From Zygnema circumcarinatum SAG 698-1b (taxonomy: Eukaryota; Plantae; Zygnematophyceae), in the NCBI GenBank assembly GCA_037447605.1, contig CM074816.1:759873-823872 (forward strand): 64,000 bases of DNA, written 5' to 3'. Both the position numbers and the translations under genes were made by a program. The notes beneath the pieces were generated by a model. That model saw only the letters and a list, made by a program, of their open reading frames with translations, did not search any database and was not told where the DNA came from. This document shows positions 12,800 through 29,914 of the stretch, in pieces. Positions within the stretch are counted from its first letter, which is position 1. Every line of letters starts with the position of its first letter.

Positions 12800-13556
12800 A
12801 TGTCTGGACAGAGCCAAGAGGTGAGTACCGCAATTGCGTCGTGCTCTTAATAGGGAGGATCGCTGATTCTTTTTAGTCTGGATTAGTTTGGTGTATTGAT
12901 GAGTTCCCAAGGGAGGGGTCTATCCATTCAATCTGGCTCAAATTGTTGACACAAAGGAGCGTAAATGGGAAGTGTGTTTCTATTTGAATCCGCTTGCTTC
13001 TAGCTTTGGAATTTAGAAGCAACAGATGCAGTTACCAGATTTGTGATTCACCTAGTTTGACATCGTTCGCTATTTTTTTTTGCAGTCACTTGTGGACAAG
13101 GCCAAGGGCTACGCCCAGGCAGGTAATTTTGCACTCGGATGTTTCCTACTTACCTGCTTTCGTTGCATTTTTTCCAATTTTGTATTGTGCTTCCATGTTT
13201 TACTTCACCTTCAATGCTTATTTTCTTTGCCCTTTCTCTCTTTTGCAGCAAGTGACAATATTTCTCAGGCAGCACAAAACACGAAGGACACTGTCGGAGG
13301 TGCCTTCCAGGGTGCTGGAGACAAGAGCAAGGAAACGTACGGCCAGGCCAAGGATCAGGTGTCTCATGCTACCGGACAGGCGCAGGACTCTGCAAAAGAG
13401 ACCGCTGGTCAGGCTCAGGAAGGAGCGCAGCGCGCCACGGAGCAGACCAAGGGTGCGGCGCATGATGCTGCCTCCAAGACTCAGGACGCCGCATCCAACG
13501 CCAGCAACCAGACACGGGGTGCTGCTGAAGATGCCAAGAGCAAGTTGAACCAGTAA
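12800..13556 (+). CDS. Late embryogenesis abundant (group 3 / LEA_4-like) hydrophilin
   Basis: Exons 12800-12820 (MSGQSQE), 13086-13122 and 13249-13556 join in frame through GT-AG introns. The product is A/Q/K/T/D-rich and repetitive, with no Cys or Trp (QAKDQVSHATGQAQDSAKETAGQAQEGAQRATEQTKGAAHDAASKTQDAA). Confidence 0.85.
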
Positions 13557-13877
13557 TTGTGAGTGAAACAAGTCTTGAACGACTGTATTCGCATTCGTTT
13601 GCTACTTTTGTAATGCTAGATCGCTCCTGAAGACCAGGATGTTGTCATCGAGTTGTTGTTTTTCTTGGCTGTTTTCATACTTATGGCTGGCTGACCTGCT
13701 GTATTCTGTGTGCAGGATTTTACGCTTGGCAGCCGGTCCTGGAGATGCTGCACGTTTTTGCATCATTGCTGTCACTATAAACGGCGTAGCAGTTGGAGCT
13801 GTTTAAGCCTGTACTAGATTTTCCTATTAATCAAATTTGTACAGTTGTGCGTAACTTCTTCAATCCAGTTTTTTCAA

Positions 13878-14490
13878 ATGCGAATGTTTCTGATCCGATG
13901 TATGTCTTTGACGATGATGATGATCTTTGGATGATGTGAAAAGTATTTGTAACTCTGCTGATGCTTGCATATCGTCCATCTCGTCCATCAATGCCTCTTG
14001 TTTCCGAAGGCTTCCATGCGGTTTCTGTGCTCAGTCTTCAGCAATCGGATATACTTCCATGAATTCTTGTTTTAAACCAGGAATGCACAAATATTACACG
14101 CTTCTTCGGTTTTCTGTCAATATTGCTTCAGTCTTCAGTCTTTTCGCTGATTTTTTCTATTGATACGAGATTTTTTTCATTTTTTGGAAAAGAAGCATCT
14201 GGCATTACAGTGTTACAAATCACAACCAAACGCTTAACCGAACACTGAATAGGAACTCGAAAATTGCGCTTTGCTTAACTTTGAATGTGAGTGAAACTGG
14301 CAAGTCGTTTTTTTTTTCGTGCTGTCTTTAATGCACAGCACCAGATGCGAATGTCTGATTCGACGTATGTCTTTTGCTACGGATGATTATGGAAATTATT
14401 TTCGCGAGCCATGGTTTTTGCATGTCTGTCCATTATTGCCTCTGCTTTCGAAGGCTTTCGGAAGTTTCTGCTGTAGAAGCATTTACAATT
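13878..14490. repeat. Two diverged direct repeats about 470 bp apart (about 13878-14030 and 14346-14490)
   Basis: ATGCGAATGTTTCTGATCCGATGTATGTCTTT vs ATGCGAATGTCTGATTCGACGTATGTCTTTT, followed by TGCCTCTTGTTTCCGAAGGCTT vs TGCCTCTGCTTTCGAAGGCTT. Confidence 0.7.
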
Positions 14491-15559
14491 GGATGTATTT
14501 TGATGAATGCTTGTATGACTGGTGTGAATGTTTTTCCAAGATTTTCTGGTGTTATTGCTGTCAGCGGTGCCTGATTTGCTGCTTGCTAACCTACTTGCTT
14601 GCTCTTGCTTGCTGAGTCTGATTACGACTAATCGACAGTTTCTGAAAAGCAAAAACCGTTTCCTCTTTTCCCAAAATGCGAAGAGATATTGTGATAAAAA
14701 TCCAGAAATGAGCTTGCAAAACTATATGCTGAACAAATCGCCATTCGTTGGCGATTATAGCTGCTTTTAAACCGCTCCTTCACACTTTCTTAACTTCAAC
14801 CCTAACCCTAAAAAAACGAAGCAGCAACAGAAGCGTTTGATTGTAAACGCGGACATCAAACAGTTGTACCTATGACGCTTAAGATGCTTCCAAAAATTAG
14901 TTCTCCAACGTTCCAACATAGCAAAGCGATAGCGAGGCGAAGCGTGCGCCCTGCAAAAACGGTAGTAATAGAATCTGCATTTTTGCTGTTGAAAATCGGA
15001 AAATAGAATGTAATTAATGAGAAAACCTTTTCAGCTACTTTGTTTTTTTCTTCTTTTACGAAAGGAGGAAACTAAATTATACATCGATACGTTGAAGCAA
15101 GAGTGTGAATCGCTTGCAAATGTCTCGGCAAATTCAATCAGCATTTTCATTCTAAAACACTGAAAAGGTGGGGAAAATAAACAGTTTATCTCACAGCCTC
15201 AAAATTTCTCGAAGAGTAAGAAATAGACGGAGAAAACCCTTCTTCGATTTTGTCAAATAAAATACGGAAAAACTGCTCTTTTCGTCACCAACAGGTCCAT
15301 TGTATGTACAGATAAAAAATAACAAAAAGGGAAACAGCAGTTGTGAAATACTCAAGCAAAAATCACATACAAACCTGACATGGGACCTTGATTTCTTGTA
15401 CAACCCTCCCATCATGTCCTCCTTCTCTGCCAAACTTTGCAAGTGACAAACGAACCTTCCCAGCAGCTCCAACGACACACCCTCATACCTTTCCTAGGGT
15501 TCAGAACACCCTAACCCTAGAAACCACCCCTCCCCTTCACCCACAGCTAAACCCTAACC

Positions 15560-20348
<4,789 letters not shown>

Positions 20349-20549
20349 GGTCTCCGCTCCCTCCGTCCACAGCCCTGCAGCCTCCCCCTCTGCCTGGTCC
20401 CTCCTAGCCGGACAGGCGGAGCTAGCTCCTGCAGCAGTAACAGCAGGCGACCCTGGCCCTGCAGGAGCGTCTCTCTCGCGCTGGAGGGAGAGGGAGGGAG
20501 GGAGGGGGGTGGCCAGTGACTAGCCGAGTCGACTAACGGCTGGTTTTAG

Positions 20550-20890
20550 TCACAGCGCGCCACGTCACCAGACTTTGTACGTGACACGGCTTGGGAGAGG
20601 ATTCGACCAATCAAAATATACCACGTCATTCACCTTTCATACGTGGCAACTTTTCTTTGGCACACGTGTTTGTCGGATTCTAGACATTTGGCCCTCCATG
20701 GGGAGCGGGCAAAGGGGAGGGGCGTTCTGTAGCACCACGTGGCAGATCGAGGGGACGCAATCTTGACTGCTACGTGGCGGAACACGCGTCTCCTTATCAG
20801 GGACCCCCCCCCCTCCTTGAGCTGTCAAGTGTGACAAGCGGACAAATCTGGCTCGACACGTGTTGCCTCTTTGGATCTCCACGTGGCATA
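20550..20890. promoter_or_regulatory. G-box/ABRE-rich region between the divergent synaptotagmin-like and PLAC8 genes
   Basis: About nine ACGT cores, including ACGTGGC near 20641, 20737, 20772 and 20881, CACGTG near 20664 and 20858, and an ACGCGT near 20784. Confidence 0.6.
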
Positions 20891-21461
20891 CGGTCAAATG
20901 CAAACGGCGGTGTCTCTAGCCAATCGTGGTAGGTCTATCCGGGCACGATTTTACAGCTTAATTTGTGAAACTGGCAGTAGCATGTAACGGTGAAACTGTG
21001 GACGGGCAACGGAGGAACTTACGGTGATTTGGAAAAAACTGTTGAAACGGGATTTCGAACTGCGGGTCGCATGGAACAGGGGAACCATGACCCCCCCCCC
21101 TGACCCCCTGCATGCAGGAGAGGTCTGTCCGGCGGCCTCGGAGACAGCACCTCCGCCCTCGCCTGGAAGCGGCGCTGACAGCACCGGGAGGGAGGTCAGA
21201 AGAAGAGTTCAGCTTTAGAAACATCGTGAACGTAATACACACATCCAAGTTACATTTGCTTTACAGTTTGGGCACTTTTATGGTCTCTCAAGGGCGCTGC
21301 TCCTCTTGCCTTTGTTCTACTCAAATTAGTAGTTTTTCTGTTGCTTGCAACCTTAGGCTTAGGTCTTCACGTGAGCTTCTTGCAGGGTTTTCTTTCGGAA
21401 ACGAAAGAAGACAACGAGAATTTATTGTTTCTCATATAGTAAATGAGGTGATTCATTCAGG

Positions 21462-23002
21462 ATGGGATCTAAATGGCATGGCATCATTCATTCATGGCCG
21501 ACGGGCCTTTTTGGATGCATGGAGGACCGTAACTCGTGCTTGCTGGGATGGCTGTGTCCGTCCTTAATGTTTGGGCAGAACGTATTTAAGTTCACCGGTG
21601 GAGAAATATCCTTCACCAGGTATAGCATTTGAAAAAAGGCCCACAAGCATCGATGTCAACGACAACAAACTCGAAAAAGAAGGGCGAAAAAAAAAGCATA
21701 ATTGTATCTAGCAGTATCAGGTCAGGAAGGATCAAGTTTTTAGTAACCATTTTCTGTAAATGACATATGATGATGATGACTATGACTGTAAGCTCAGGGG
21801 GAATCTTGTTGAAGCATGAAGGGCTCTAGAGGAAAGGACGTGCTGAGTTGGATTTCTGTTTTCTGATGCATCAGCATCGCGGGAGGAACAGCATAAATTT
21901 TGATGTGCGAGTGTATCCCGTCATGGTGTCTGCGACCGTACCCTCTTGACAATTCCAGCACTGCCAAAGACTATAAAGCCGTGCTCCTTTTTCAATTCTT
22001 GAAAATTAAAATCCGTCAAAGGAACTTTAGACTCTTAACCCTACAGGCAGTATCCTTCCTAAATCCTTCACCCCCCCTGCCCTGCAGGGCTTTCATCACG
22101 CACGGCCTGCTGGGAGGCTTCTGCTGCGGCCTAGCGGGTATTGTTGTGGGCCCGCCGGCCTTTTGGCCGAGCTGCGTGCCCTGCCTCGGGGCGTACTACC
22201 GCAAGCGTCTGCGCGACAAGGAGCGGCTGCTTGGAAGCCCCAAGGAGGACTTTTCGGCTCACTGTCTGTGCCATCAGCTGGCGGTCTGCCAGGCATGTCA
22301 TGTTCACTGCAGGGGGTGGGCATGCTCTGGGCATTGAAACTGGTCTCAACATCAGGAAGAATACGCTTTTTAACAGCCTTGTTTCGCGAGAAATAGAAGG
22401 GGCATTCAAAGCTATTGATTGAATGTTTGCAGATGAAGCGAAGATGAGGAAAGACCACCTGTTTGTTTGCCTTATGTTGACCTACGCTTTTTTTCATTCT
22501 CATTGTCACGATTCAAGTGATTCGCAGAAGCTTAAGTGTTGGTATGCTTAAAAAACTCTTCGTTAATGCAACTTGAGATACTTAGGTTTTCGGAGGAATT
22601 CAGTATGCGTTCACAGCTGTCTTGTTGTAACCATGCATCTCTGAGAGCCTTGAGGTGTGTCACTTGCCCTTCATCTGCGAGGGCTTCTTTCCTTGTGTCA
22701 ACGAGATACGCAAAAACAGCGTGAAGTGTGTTCATGGCGTTTGTGCAAGCAATACATGCTTCACATCTCACTATCCATCCCTTCATGGACGGCGCATGCA
22801 GGAATATCGGCAACTTCGGGACTTGCATTCGGACATCGTTCCAGGGCCTACTCATCCTACCATCGACAGGGGACCCGAGGAAACTCTGAAATACTTGGAG
22901 GCTCAAAGAATGCAAAGGGAGATTGAAATCGAAATCGTTCCAGGTGGAGCGAAGGACGACGACAAAGTAAAACAAAGAGGCACGTGGAACTTTTGGCTCT
23001 GA
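21462..23002 (+). CDS. PLAC8 family (PCR/CNR/FW2.2-like) Cys-rich membrane protein
   Basis: WPTGLFGCMEDRNSCLLGWLCPSLMFGQN (from 21462); YYRKRLRDKERLLGSPKEDFSAHCLCHQLAVCQ (22088-22292), spliced via a GC donor to EYRQL (22802); stop at 23000-23002. The start codon and a middle exon are uncertain. Confidence 0.85.
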
Positions 23003-23757
23003 TAAGATACTGGACCGCGAGAAGACCTCTGTCACAAATAGCAATCGAAGATTGCGACTTTTAAAGGAGCCATAATCCACAGATCGCCACGCTGAGTACC
23101 AACAGTACATATACATAGGGAAACCTAGTAGGACTGTGGAAGGTTATTAGTGTGCACTTATGACTGCATGCTTAGGCGAATATAAAAGTCAAGTATTGTC
23201 TAGTCATCAGTGGTCAACAGTTGTTGAACTTTTGAGGTGAGAAAGCCATGACTGTATAGCTATAGGCGGTTATTTTGTCTGGTACACATTTACAAGCTCT
23301 GCTTGCTCATACAGAAGCATGGTCCCTGGATGATGACATTATATTGCAATAAAGCTACACAGATAAACTTGATGCAGCCGTCCTGTTGATAAGCCGGACA
23401 GGGCTCAATCATCTTGGGAGTAGCCAGAGAATGGGTCGGACAGGATGCCTAGTAGCAATTGGAGAAGAGCCCTTCATCTGTTTGAGAGCATATCCCCCTT
23501 TAGCTATTCCGTGATGATATTGTGAGGGTAAGCATTCAAACAGAACCAATCTTCTGAGATAATGTTTTGTCTTGCAAAATACAATTAATTTGCCAATTCG
23601 CATTAACTAAGTTTCAGTACAAACCTTGAATGATGATTAACGATGGGGATCAACATCCAATGTTGGGTACAACAACTGGCGCCAATCAGGAAAGGAAGGA
23701 AAAGGATCCACAAGAATTAGCGTGACAACTGCCCATGCTATGCACTCCTGCCTTCAT

Positions 23758-24827
23758 TTAAAGGGGCACGATTGTGTCGTACACGCTGTCAGGCTGAAGG
23801 GGCTTCAATGGCGGAACTGCACTGTCCGGGGGCGGCGTTCTTGCAACATTCATAACCATAGCGAGAGTCGTGTAGTATCCATTGACTCCCAACATGTCCA
23901 TCACGCCTTCTTCCCCAAACACCTCCATAGCCCTCCTATACGTCTCATCCTTCACTTCCCTCTCCCGCTGTACCTCTGTGGAAAACTTCCACGCCGTCTC
24001 CACATCCTCAGGCATACCTTCGGGTCGTCTTCCTTCGGCTATGGCTGCAACGACTTCCTCCGAAAGCCCCATTCTTAAGCCGATTGGCTGATGTATAGCC
24101 CACTCTACTTGCTGGCTCCATTCACGGGCCGTGATTAGTATTATAAGTTCAGAAATGTATGAAGGGAGGCTTGATTTGTAGCGCACGAATTGGCCGAGTG
24201 AGTTTGCTGCTCGAAAGAGATTAGGGCTGCGGAGGAGAGGGACGAAGGGGCCAAAAACTGGAACTCCTCTGCTCTGTTCAAACTCCCATGCTGCAGCTCT
24301 CTGCTTCTCCGTCATCAAGGCCTCAGGAATGGGAGGCATTCGGTCAGGGCCAGTCTGCAGGGAGGCAGAGCAGTCAGAGGAACCCTAATTGTTCAGTCAC
24401 CACATATAGCTCCAGTGTGGGGCAATGGCCCTACCTTCGTGCATTGGTCCTATTCGGTGTATTCTGATCGAGTAAGAAATGGAGAGAACGTGTTACCACG
24501 CATTAATTTCTACAAAGAAGCAGCTTTTCTGCTTTCGACAGCAAGAAAATGCAACCGTTCCATTTTTTTTTTCTTTTTTTTTTTCCGCATTTCTCCCCTT
24601 TTTAAGTGAACTTTGATGAGTAAAGGCCGAGCTTTTCATCCACTATTGATTTCTAATTTTTTCTTTAAATTTATCCACAGAGCTCCGATCCAGCGCACAG
24701 TATTCCCTGATCAGGGAATTGCATCAACACAGTTCCATGAAGAGAGTTCAGCTGCGGTCAACATGCGCATCACATGGAACATCCGTGAGGGGGTCCCTGA
24801 GGGGGCACTCACAGCGGCAAGAGCCAT
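23758..24827 (-). CDS. Carboxymuconolactone decarboxylase / AhpD-like family protein, bacterial type
   Basis: Exon 1 24827-24813 (MALAA, followed by GTGAGT) joins in phase 0 to exon 2 24354-23758 (preceded by CTGCAG). Motifs GPFVPLLRSP, ELIILITAREWSQQVEWAIH, IAEGRRPEGM, FGEEGVMDMLGVNGYYTTLAMVMNVAR are typical of the bacterial CMD-like group. Confidence 0.85.
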
Positions 24828-25154
24828 GGCGGCCCAGAAAAGGCAGCAGAGGGAGACGCAGAGGTGCCACGTGGCGCCCTCACCCGGCATGTCCGGTGGT
24901 AGCGCCACGTGGCGCATTCACGACACGCCTCCAGGTTCCAAAGCCCCGTCACTTTGCTCTTTGCCGTTCCATGTCCATGCGTTCCCCCTTCTTGTTATGG
25001 TTTAGTTTCACTAGAAATATGCACCAGGGAACATCCCATGACATCAGCATGACATCAGCAAACTTGCCCATTGAAACCCTAAATCTACCCTAACCCTAAT
25101 CTGAGGATGCAGTGGGAGTGGCCACAGGCGGAGGGAGGGGGCCACCGTGGCGCC
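24828..25154. promoter_or_regulatory. About 330-bp bidirectional promoter shared by the CMD-like and F-box/WD40 genes
   Basis: Head-to-head ATGs at 24827(-) and 25155(+); palindromic G-boxes GCCACGTGGC at 24866 and GCGCCACGTGGCGC at 24902; telo-box-like AAACCCTAA/ACCCTAACCCTAA at 25074-25099. Confidence 0.6.
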
Positions 25155-28100
25155 ATGGCGGAGGGGGAGCCGCCGCTGGAGCGTCTGGACGCTGACACGC
25201 TACCGCTCTGCCTGCGTGGCCTCTCCCTGCGCGACGTGGCCAGCGCAGCCGCCACGTGTCGCCGCCTGAGACACGCAGCGAACGCGGACTTTTTGTGGGA
25301 AGATCTCTGCAGGTGACGACGCGTGGAGGGGAGGGAGAGGCCGCGAGGGCTCGGGCTGGAGGGGTTAGGGTTGAGGGCGGAGGGTTTGGATTGAAGGGTT
25401 GGGAGGGATAGAGGCATGCAGGGCTTTCAGGGAGAGTTACTTGTGATTGCCTTGCTCTCCCCCCTTTCTCCCCCAAAATGAAGTATAGAGCTTCTCTTAG
25501 TAAAATTAATTCAAGGAAATTTGGGGATTGTCAAAGAGCAATGTCCAGAGATTGTGCTATTTGATTTGCAAATGAACATAATGAACTGGATTTATATGTA
25601 TATAGGTGCGGAGGAAGATCTAAAGTTTGGAGCTTTCACTATTTGGTTAGACCCTTGGCAGCTCTTGCTTCCGGTTTGCGAACAAACTTTTGACCTATTG
25701 CATGTTCCATGCATAGTTATTCGCTTAATCTTCAAAGAATGAAAAGCGTATGTTCGCATACTACTAGCCTGTCAAATGTGCACACTTTATAAAAGTCTAT
25801 TGCTTTTCAGGCTCATTGTTCACGTGGCAATTAGGGTTTGTTGAATTATCAGATATTTGAGGTTTCTTAGAAATTTAGAGTCGAAAGTTGTGGCAGTCTG
25901 ATTGAATCCCTCAAAGTTGCTTTAATTTAGGCCATTTGCTCATACATACATGGACGAACGCTTAAAGTACGCACACGTTGTCACGTGTGGTTCAGACATG
26001 AAGTTGTGGATGTGTGTTCAGCTCCTCACGGTTAGTGCTTTCAAGATTATCATAAGATCGAGAAAATTGGAAGACTGCTCTACACGAAATCTTGTTTTTC
26101 GAACCCCAAAATCACAGAATCCTGAGCTTCTGAATCCTGTTTTCCCCATCTTATTGGTCTGTGAATTGTTTTCCAGGCAGAGATGGACCCCTCGATTATC
26201 TGCTGCCGGGGAGGTGGTCGAATTTGCTGGAGACCGAGAAGCTTATTCAAGGCGCCACGTGGCAACTCAGCAGCTGCAGTTTACCGATCCGGCTACCTGC
26301 CAGTGGAATATTGACACGTCAGCAGCCATCAGTCACCTAGGCCTGGAAGCTGACAACGATTTTTTGACCGTTGTGCAGGTGACTCCGTCGATATAGTGTG
26401 AACACAACGGAATGTTTGTGGTGAATTTTGATTCAAGATCTTCGTTCATGCATGATGGAATGAATCTGTCTCAATGCTATTTGTTGCCTGGTGGAGTCTG
26501 TTCAGTTCGGTGCCCTTGAACACCGAGTTTATTGAAGGCCTCAACAACCCTAAAAGTTTTTTATGTGATCATGGTTTTTTGGGTGCAGGCGAATAAGTTA
26601 TCGGTCTGGTCTCTCGACCATCTGTCGGGGACCCCCTCCCGATGTCAACTTTATGAAGACCATAAGGCGCGAATAACGGCCGTCAGGTAGCATTAGACAT
26701 CGATCTGCATCAAGCTCTCTCTACTTTCTGTCTCTCCTACCCCCTCACTCTCTCTTGTGTGGAGCCGTCAGCACATCAGTTATCGAACAACTCTGATGTC
26801 TAGGGTTATTAGGCATTCGCAAAACCAGTACATGATTGGAGGGTTTTAACGCACAGATGAACAGAGAACAGCCGAATCCTACAACACAGTGTGAATCTCG
26901 TTTGCAGCGACATTCATCGTTTTAACTCTCTCTGTGGGCGATTTCTGAAAGCAGGTCGATCCCTGCATCTGCGGTGTTTGGTGAGAAGGCGGACTTTGGA
27001 GCTGATAGAGGGAGTGTGCATGTGAGCTGCAGTGCAGATCACACCATTCGAATATGGGCGAAGGTATGGTGCGCAGGAGAATCCCAACTGTGTGTGCTCT
27101 TGTACATATACGACAGTGGCAGAGACAGGGAGAGAGGGAGTGGTGAGGGGTAAGGAAAGGCGCAAGGGCGATGGATGTGTATTGAGGGTTAGGGAGAGGA
27201 AGAGATACTACACGGTGAGGACAAGTCCAATGCTTTGCAGGCTTCTATCTTTTAGGTAGCGAGATTGACCTTAGTCGTCCCAACTGATACGGCTGAAAGA
27301 GGAGAAGGGGCAGGAGTGAACAGTGCTTTGCTCTCTATTTTTTTAAAGTCGAATGTAGGAAACCCCAGGCCCCCACAAAGCCCTGAAACTCGAAAAGCTC
27401 CAAAACTGTAAAGCCCAGAAACGCAACCCTATCCCTGACCCTTAACCTTCACCCTCACCCTATAACCCTTACCCTAACCCTAACCTTAACTCTCATCCTA
27501 ATCCTTACCCTAACCCTAATCCTAACCTAACCCTAACTCTCACCCTAACCCTAACCTTAACTCTCATCCTAATCCTTACCCTAACCCTAATCCTAACCTA
27601 ACCCTAACTCTCACCCTAACCCTAACCCCAACCCTAGCCCCAACCCTAATCCTAACCTAACCCTACCCCTACCCCTACCCCTACCCCTACCCCTACCCCT
27701 ACCCCTACCCCTACCCCTACCCCTACCCCTACCCCTACCCCTACCCCTACCCCTACCCCTACCCCTACCCCTACCCCTACCCCTACCCCTACCCCTACCC
27801 CTACCCCTACCCCTACCCCTACCCCTACCCCTACCCCTACCCCTACCCCTACCCCTACCCCTACCCCTAACCCTAACCCTACCCCTAACCCTAACCCTAG
27901 CCCTAACCCCAACCCTAACCCTAACTCTGACCCTAACCCCAGCCCTAACCCTAACCCTAACCCTAACCCTAACCCTAACCCTAACCCTTACCCTACCCCT
28001 ACCCCTACCCCTACCCCTACCCCTACCCCTACCCCTACCCCTACCCCTACCCCCCCTACCCCTAACCCTAGCCCTAACCCTAATTCCCGTCCTGCAAGTG

Positions 28101-29914
28101 CCCATGCACAGGGCCGCTCTCTGCGCACATTTTCCGGCCACAGCGGGCCGGTGACTGCTCTCGCCAACCGTCCCGTGGGCAGTTTAACGGACGGCCGTTC
28201 CGTGCTGGGCAGCGGAGGGTCGGACTGTACGGTACGGATTTGGGCCCTCCGCGGGGGCGCAAAAAGCCGCGGAAAGTCGCCGCTGCTCGCGACTCTGCAC
28301 GGCCACGTGGCGCCCATCACAGCGCTGGCGGCAGCAGGGTGAGGCCGCGGGTGAGTGAGTGAGTGAGTGAGTGAGTGAGGGAGTGAGTGAGTGAGTGAGG
28401 GAGTGAGTGAATGAGTGAGTGAGTGAGTGAGTGAGTGAGTGAGTGAGTGAGTGAGTGAGTGAGAGAGTGGGGATTAGGGTTGGAGGGAGGGAGGAGGAAT
28501 AGGGCACACTTGGCCTGTGAGGATTGGGGTTTCTTGCTGAAGGTTCTGAGTGTTGTGGGTTTCGCATTGTCTGCGGACAAGGTGGAGAGGATTGGCACGA
28601 AGGGGCCTAAAATGAGTTTCAGGGTTTCAGGAGCGAATGGGCGATGAGTTGTTTTAGCTTTTTTTGGGGTCTCGTTTTGATTTATTTGGGAATTACCTGC
28701 TGAGAGTTACCGGGCATTCGGGGCTGGGTTCAGGCACAACGATGCACTTCTGGTCAGCGCTGCACGAGACCGCAAGGTGAGGGCCTGCGTGTGGAGGAGA
28801 GCAGAGCTCAGAAACTCTAAAATGTCTACAGGACATCTCTCAACGAGCTTTCAACCCAAAATACTGCGATTGCCCTTAATGAAGTTTGGTGCCCGTGGAA
28901 GCTGCTCTGACACTCTAGGCAGACAGCTGGCAGTCATTCCACTTTTCTGCACTACACCCCTCCCTCCGTCCCTCCCTCCCTCTCTCCCTCCAATCAACCC
29001 TAAATCCCTTCTCCCGCAGGTGCGCGTGTGGGACGTTGCCTGCGGGCCCTACCACAGCGCGTGTGTGGGTTCGGTCAAGATGGCGCAGCAGCCGCTGTGG
29101 CTGCATTGCCAGGGGGCCACCTGCCACGTGGCGGGCGAGGACAGGCTGGTGACCCTGGACCTGCGGAGCATGCGACAGGTGGCAACGGTGGCGCTGCATG
29201 GAACCCCCGAGGAGGGCGGCGGCTCCGTCATTCTCTCTGTGGCCTTTGCTCCGTCGGGGACGACGGTCTGCACAGGCGGCAGTGACAGGTGGGCCTCCGC
29301 CGACTGACTGTTTAGGGTGCAAGTTCATCCTAAAGGTTACCTTCCTTGTAAGGCACAATCTAGTCAGAGCGCTCCACGGAAGACGAAATGGCCCATATGC
29401 TGAAGGTACTCTCAATGGAAATGAAGTATCAACCGAGCGAATTTCTTTTTTTGATATGTTTTAAAGTTTAGTGTTAAGTGTTAAGTGTTTTTTTTTCCTT
29501 GCTTCTTTTGTTGGTTGCAGAAGTGCGCGGCTGTGGGATATGAGAGGAGGCAGCGGAGGAGCAGAGGCGCCTGAGCCTACAGCTACTCTCGGGGGGCACA
29601 ACGGGCCAGTCACGTTGTGCCACGTGGACAGCTACAAGGCTGTCACAGGCGGACAGATGGACTCCTGTCTCCATGTGTGGGACGCTGCGTCGGGAACGGA
29701 ACTGTCTTCCATCGAACTGTGGCCCAGAACTGAGGAAGGACGGCCCAATGTCGTAAGCGCTTTAGCTGTGAGAGGGTCCCGTCTGGCAGCGGGCAGCCTA
29801 CAGGGGGCGGTGCGAACGCTCGACTTTTCTGACTGCGGGGAGGTGGTCGAGAGGGAGGAGGGGGCGTGGGAAGCGGGAGGGATGCACACGGGCAAATTTT
29901 GGCAAAGGGATTGA
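25155..29914 (+). CDS. F-box/WD40-repeat protein
   Basis: F-box: LERLDADTLPLCLRGLSLRDVASAAATCRRLRHAANADFLWEDLC (25155-25312). WD40 motifs: EDHKARITAV, SCSADHTIRIW, FSGHSGPVTAL...SGGSDCTVRIW, LHGHVAPITAL, VSAARDRKVRVWD, TGGSDRSARLWD, GGHNGPV...DSCLHVWD. Stop at 29912-29914. Confidence 0.9.
27425..28082. repeat. Interstitial telomere-like array: degenerate (CCCTAA)n flanking pure (CCCCTA)n tracts, in an F-box/WD40 intron
   Basis: Degenerate CCCTAA with an exact 71-bp duplication (27471-27541, 27542-27612); about 34 CCCCTA units at about 27662-27868; CCCTAA again to about 27990; then about 11 more CCCCTA. Confidence 0.95.
28349..28463. repeat. (GAGT)n tetranucleotide microsatellite in an intron
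   Basis: About 28 GAGT/GAGG units directly after the GT donor. Confidence 0.95.

Noticed and set aside
21024-21218. Upstream ORF as PLAC8 first coding exon
   Set aside because: Its phase-0 donor at 21195 joined to the acceptor at 21461 gives an immediate stop; more likely a 5'-UTR exon.
21765-21870. Possible C/D-box snoRNA in a PLAC8 intron (ATGATGA ... CTGA)
   Set aside because: The C box is part of a (GAT)n run, the terminal stem is negligible, and I could not identify an rRNA guide.
27611-28567. GRGRGR, GVGVGV and THSL-repeat ORFs
   Set aside because: Translations of the telomere-like and (GAGT)n arrays.
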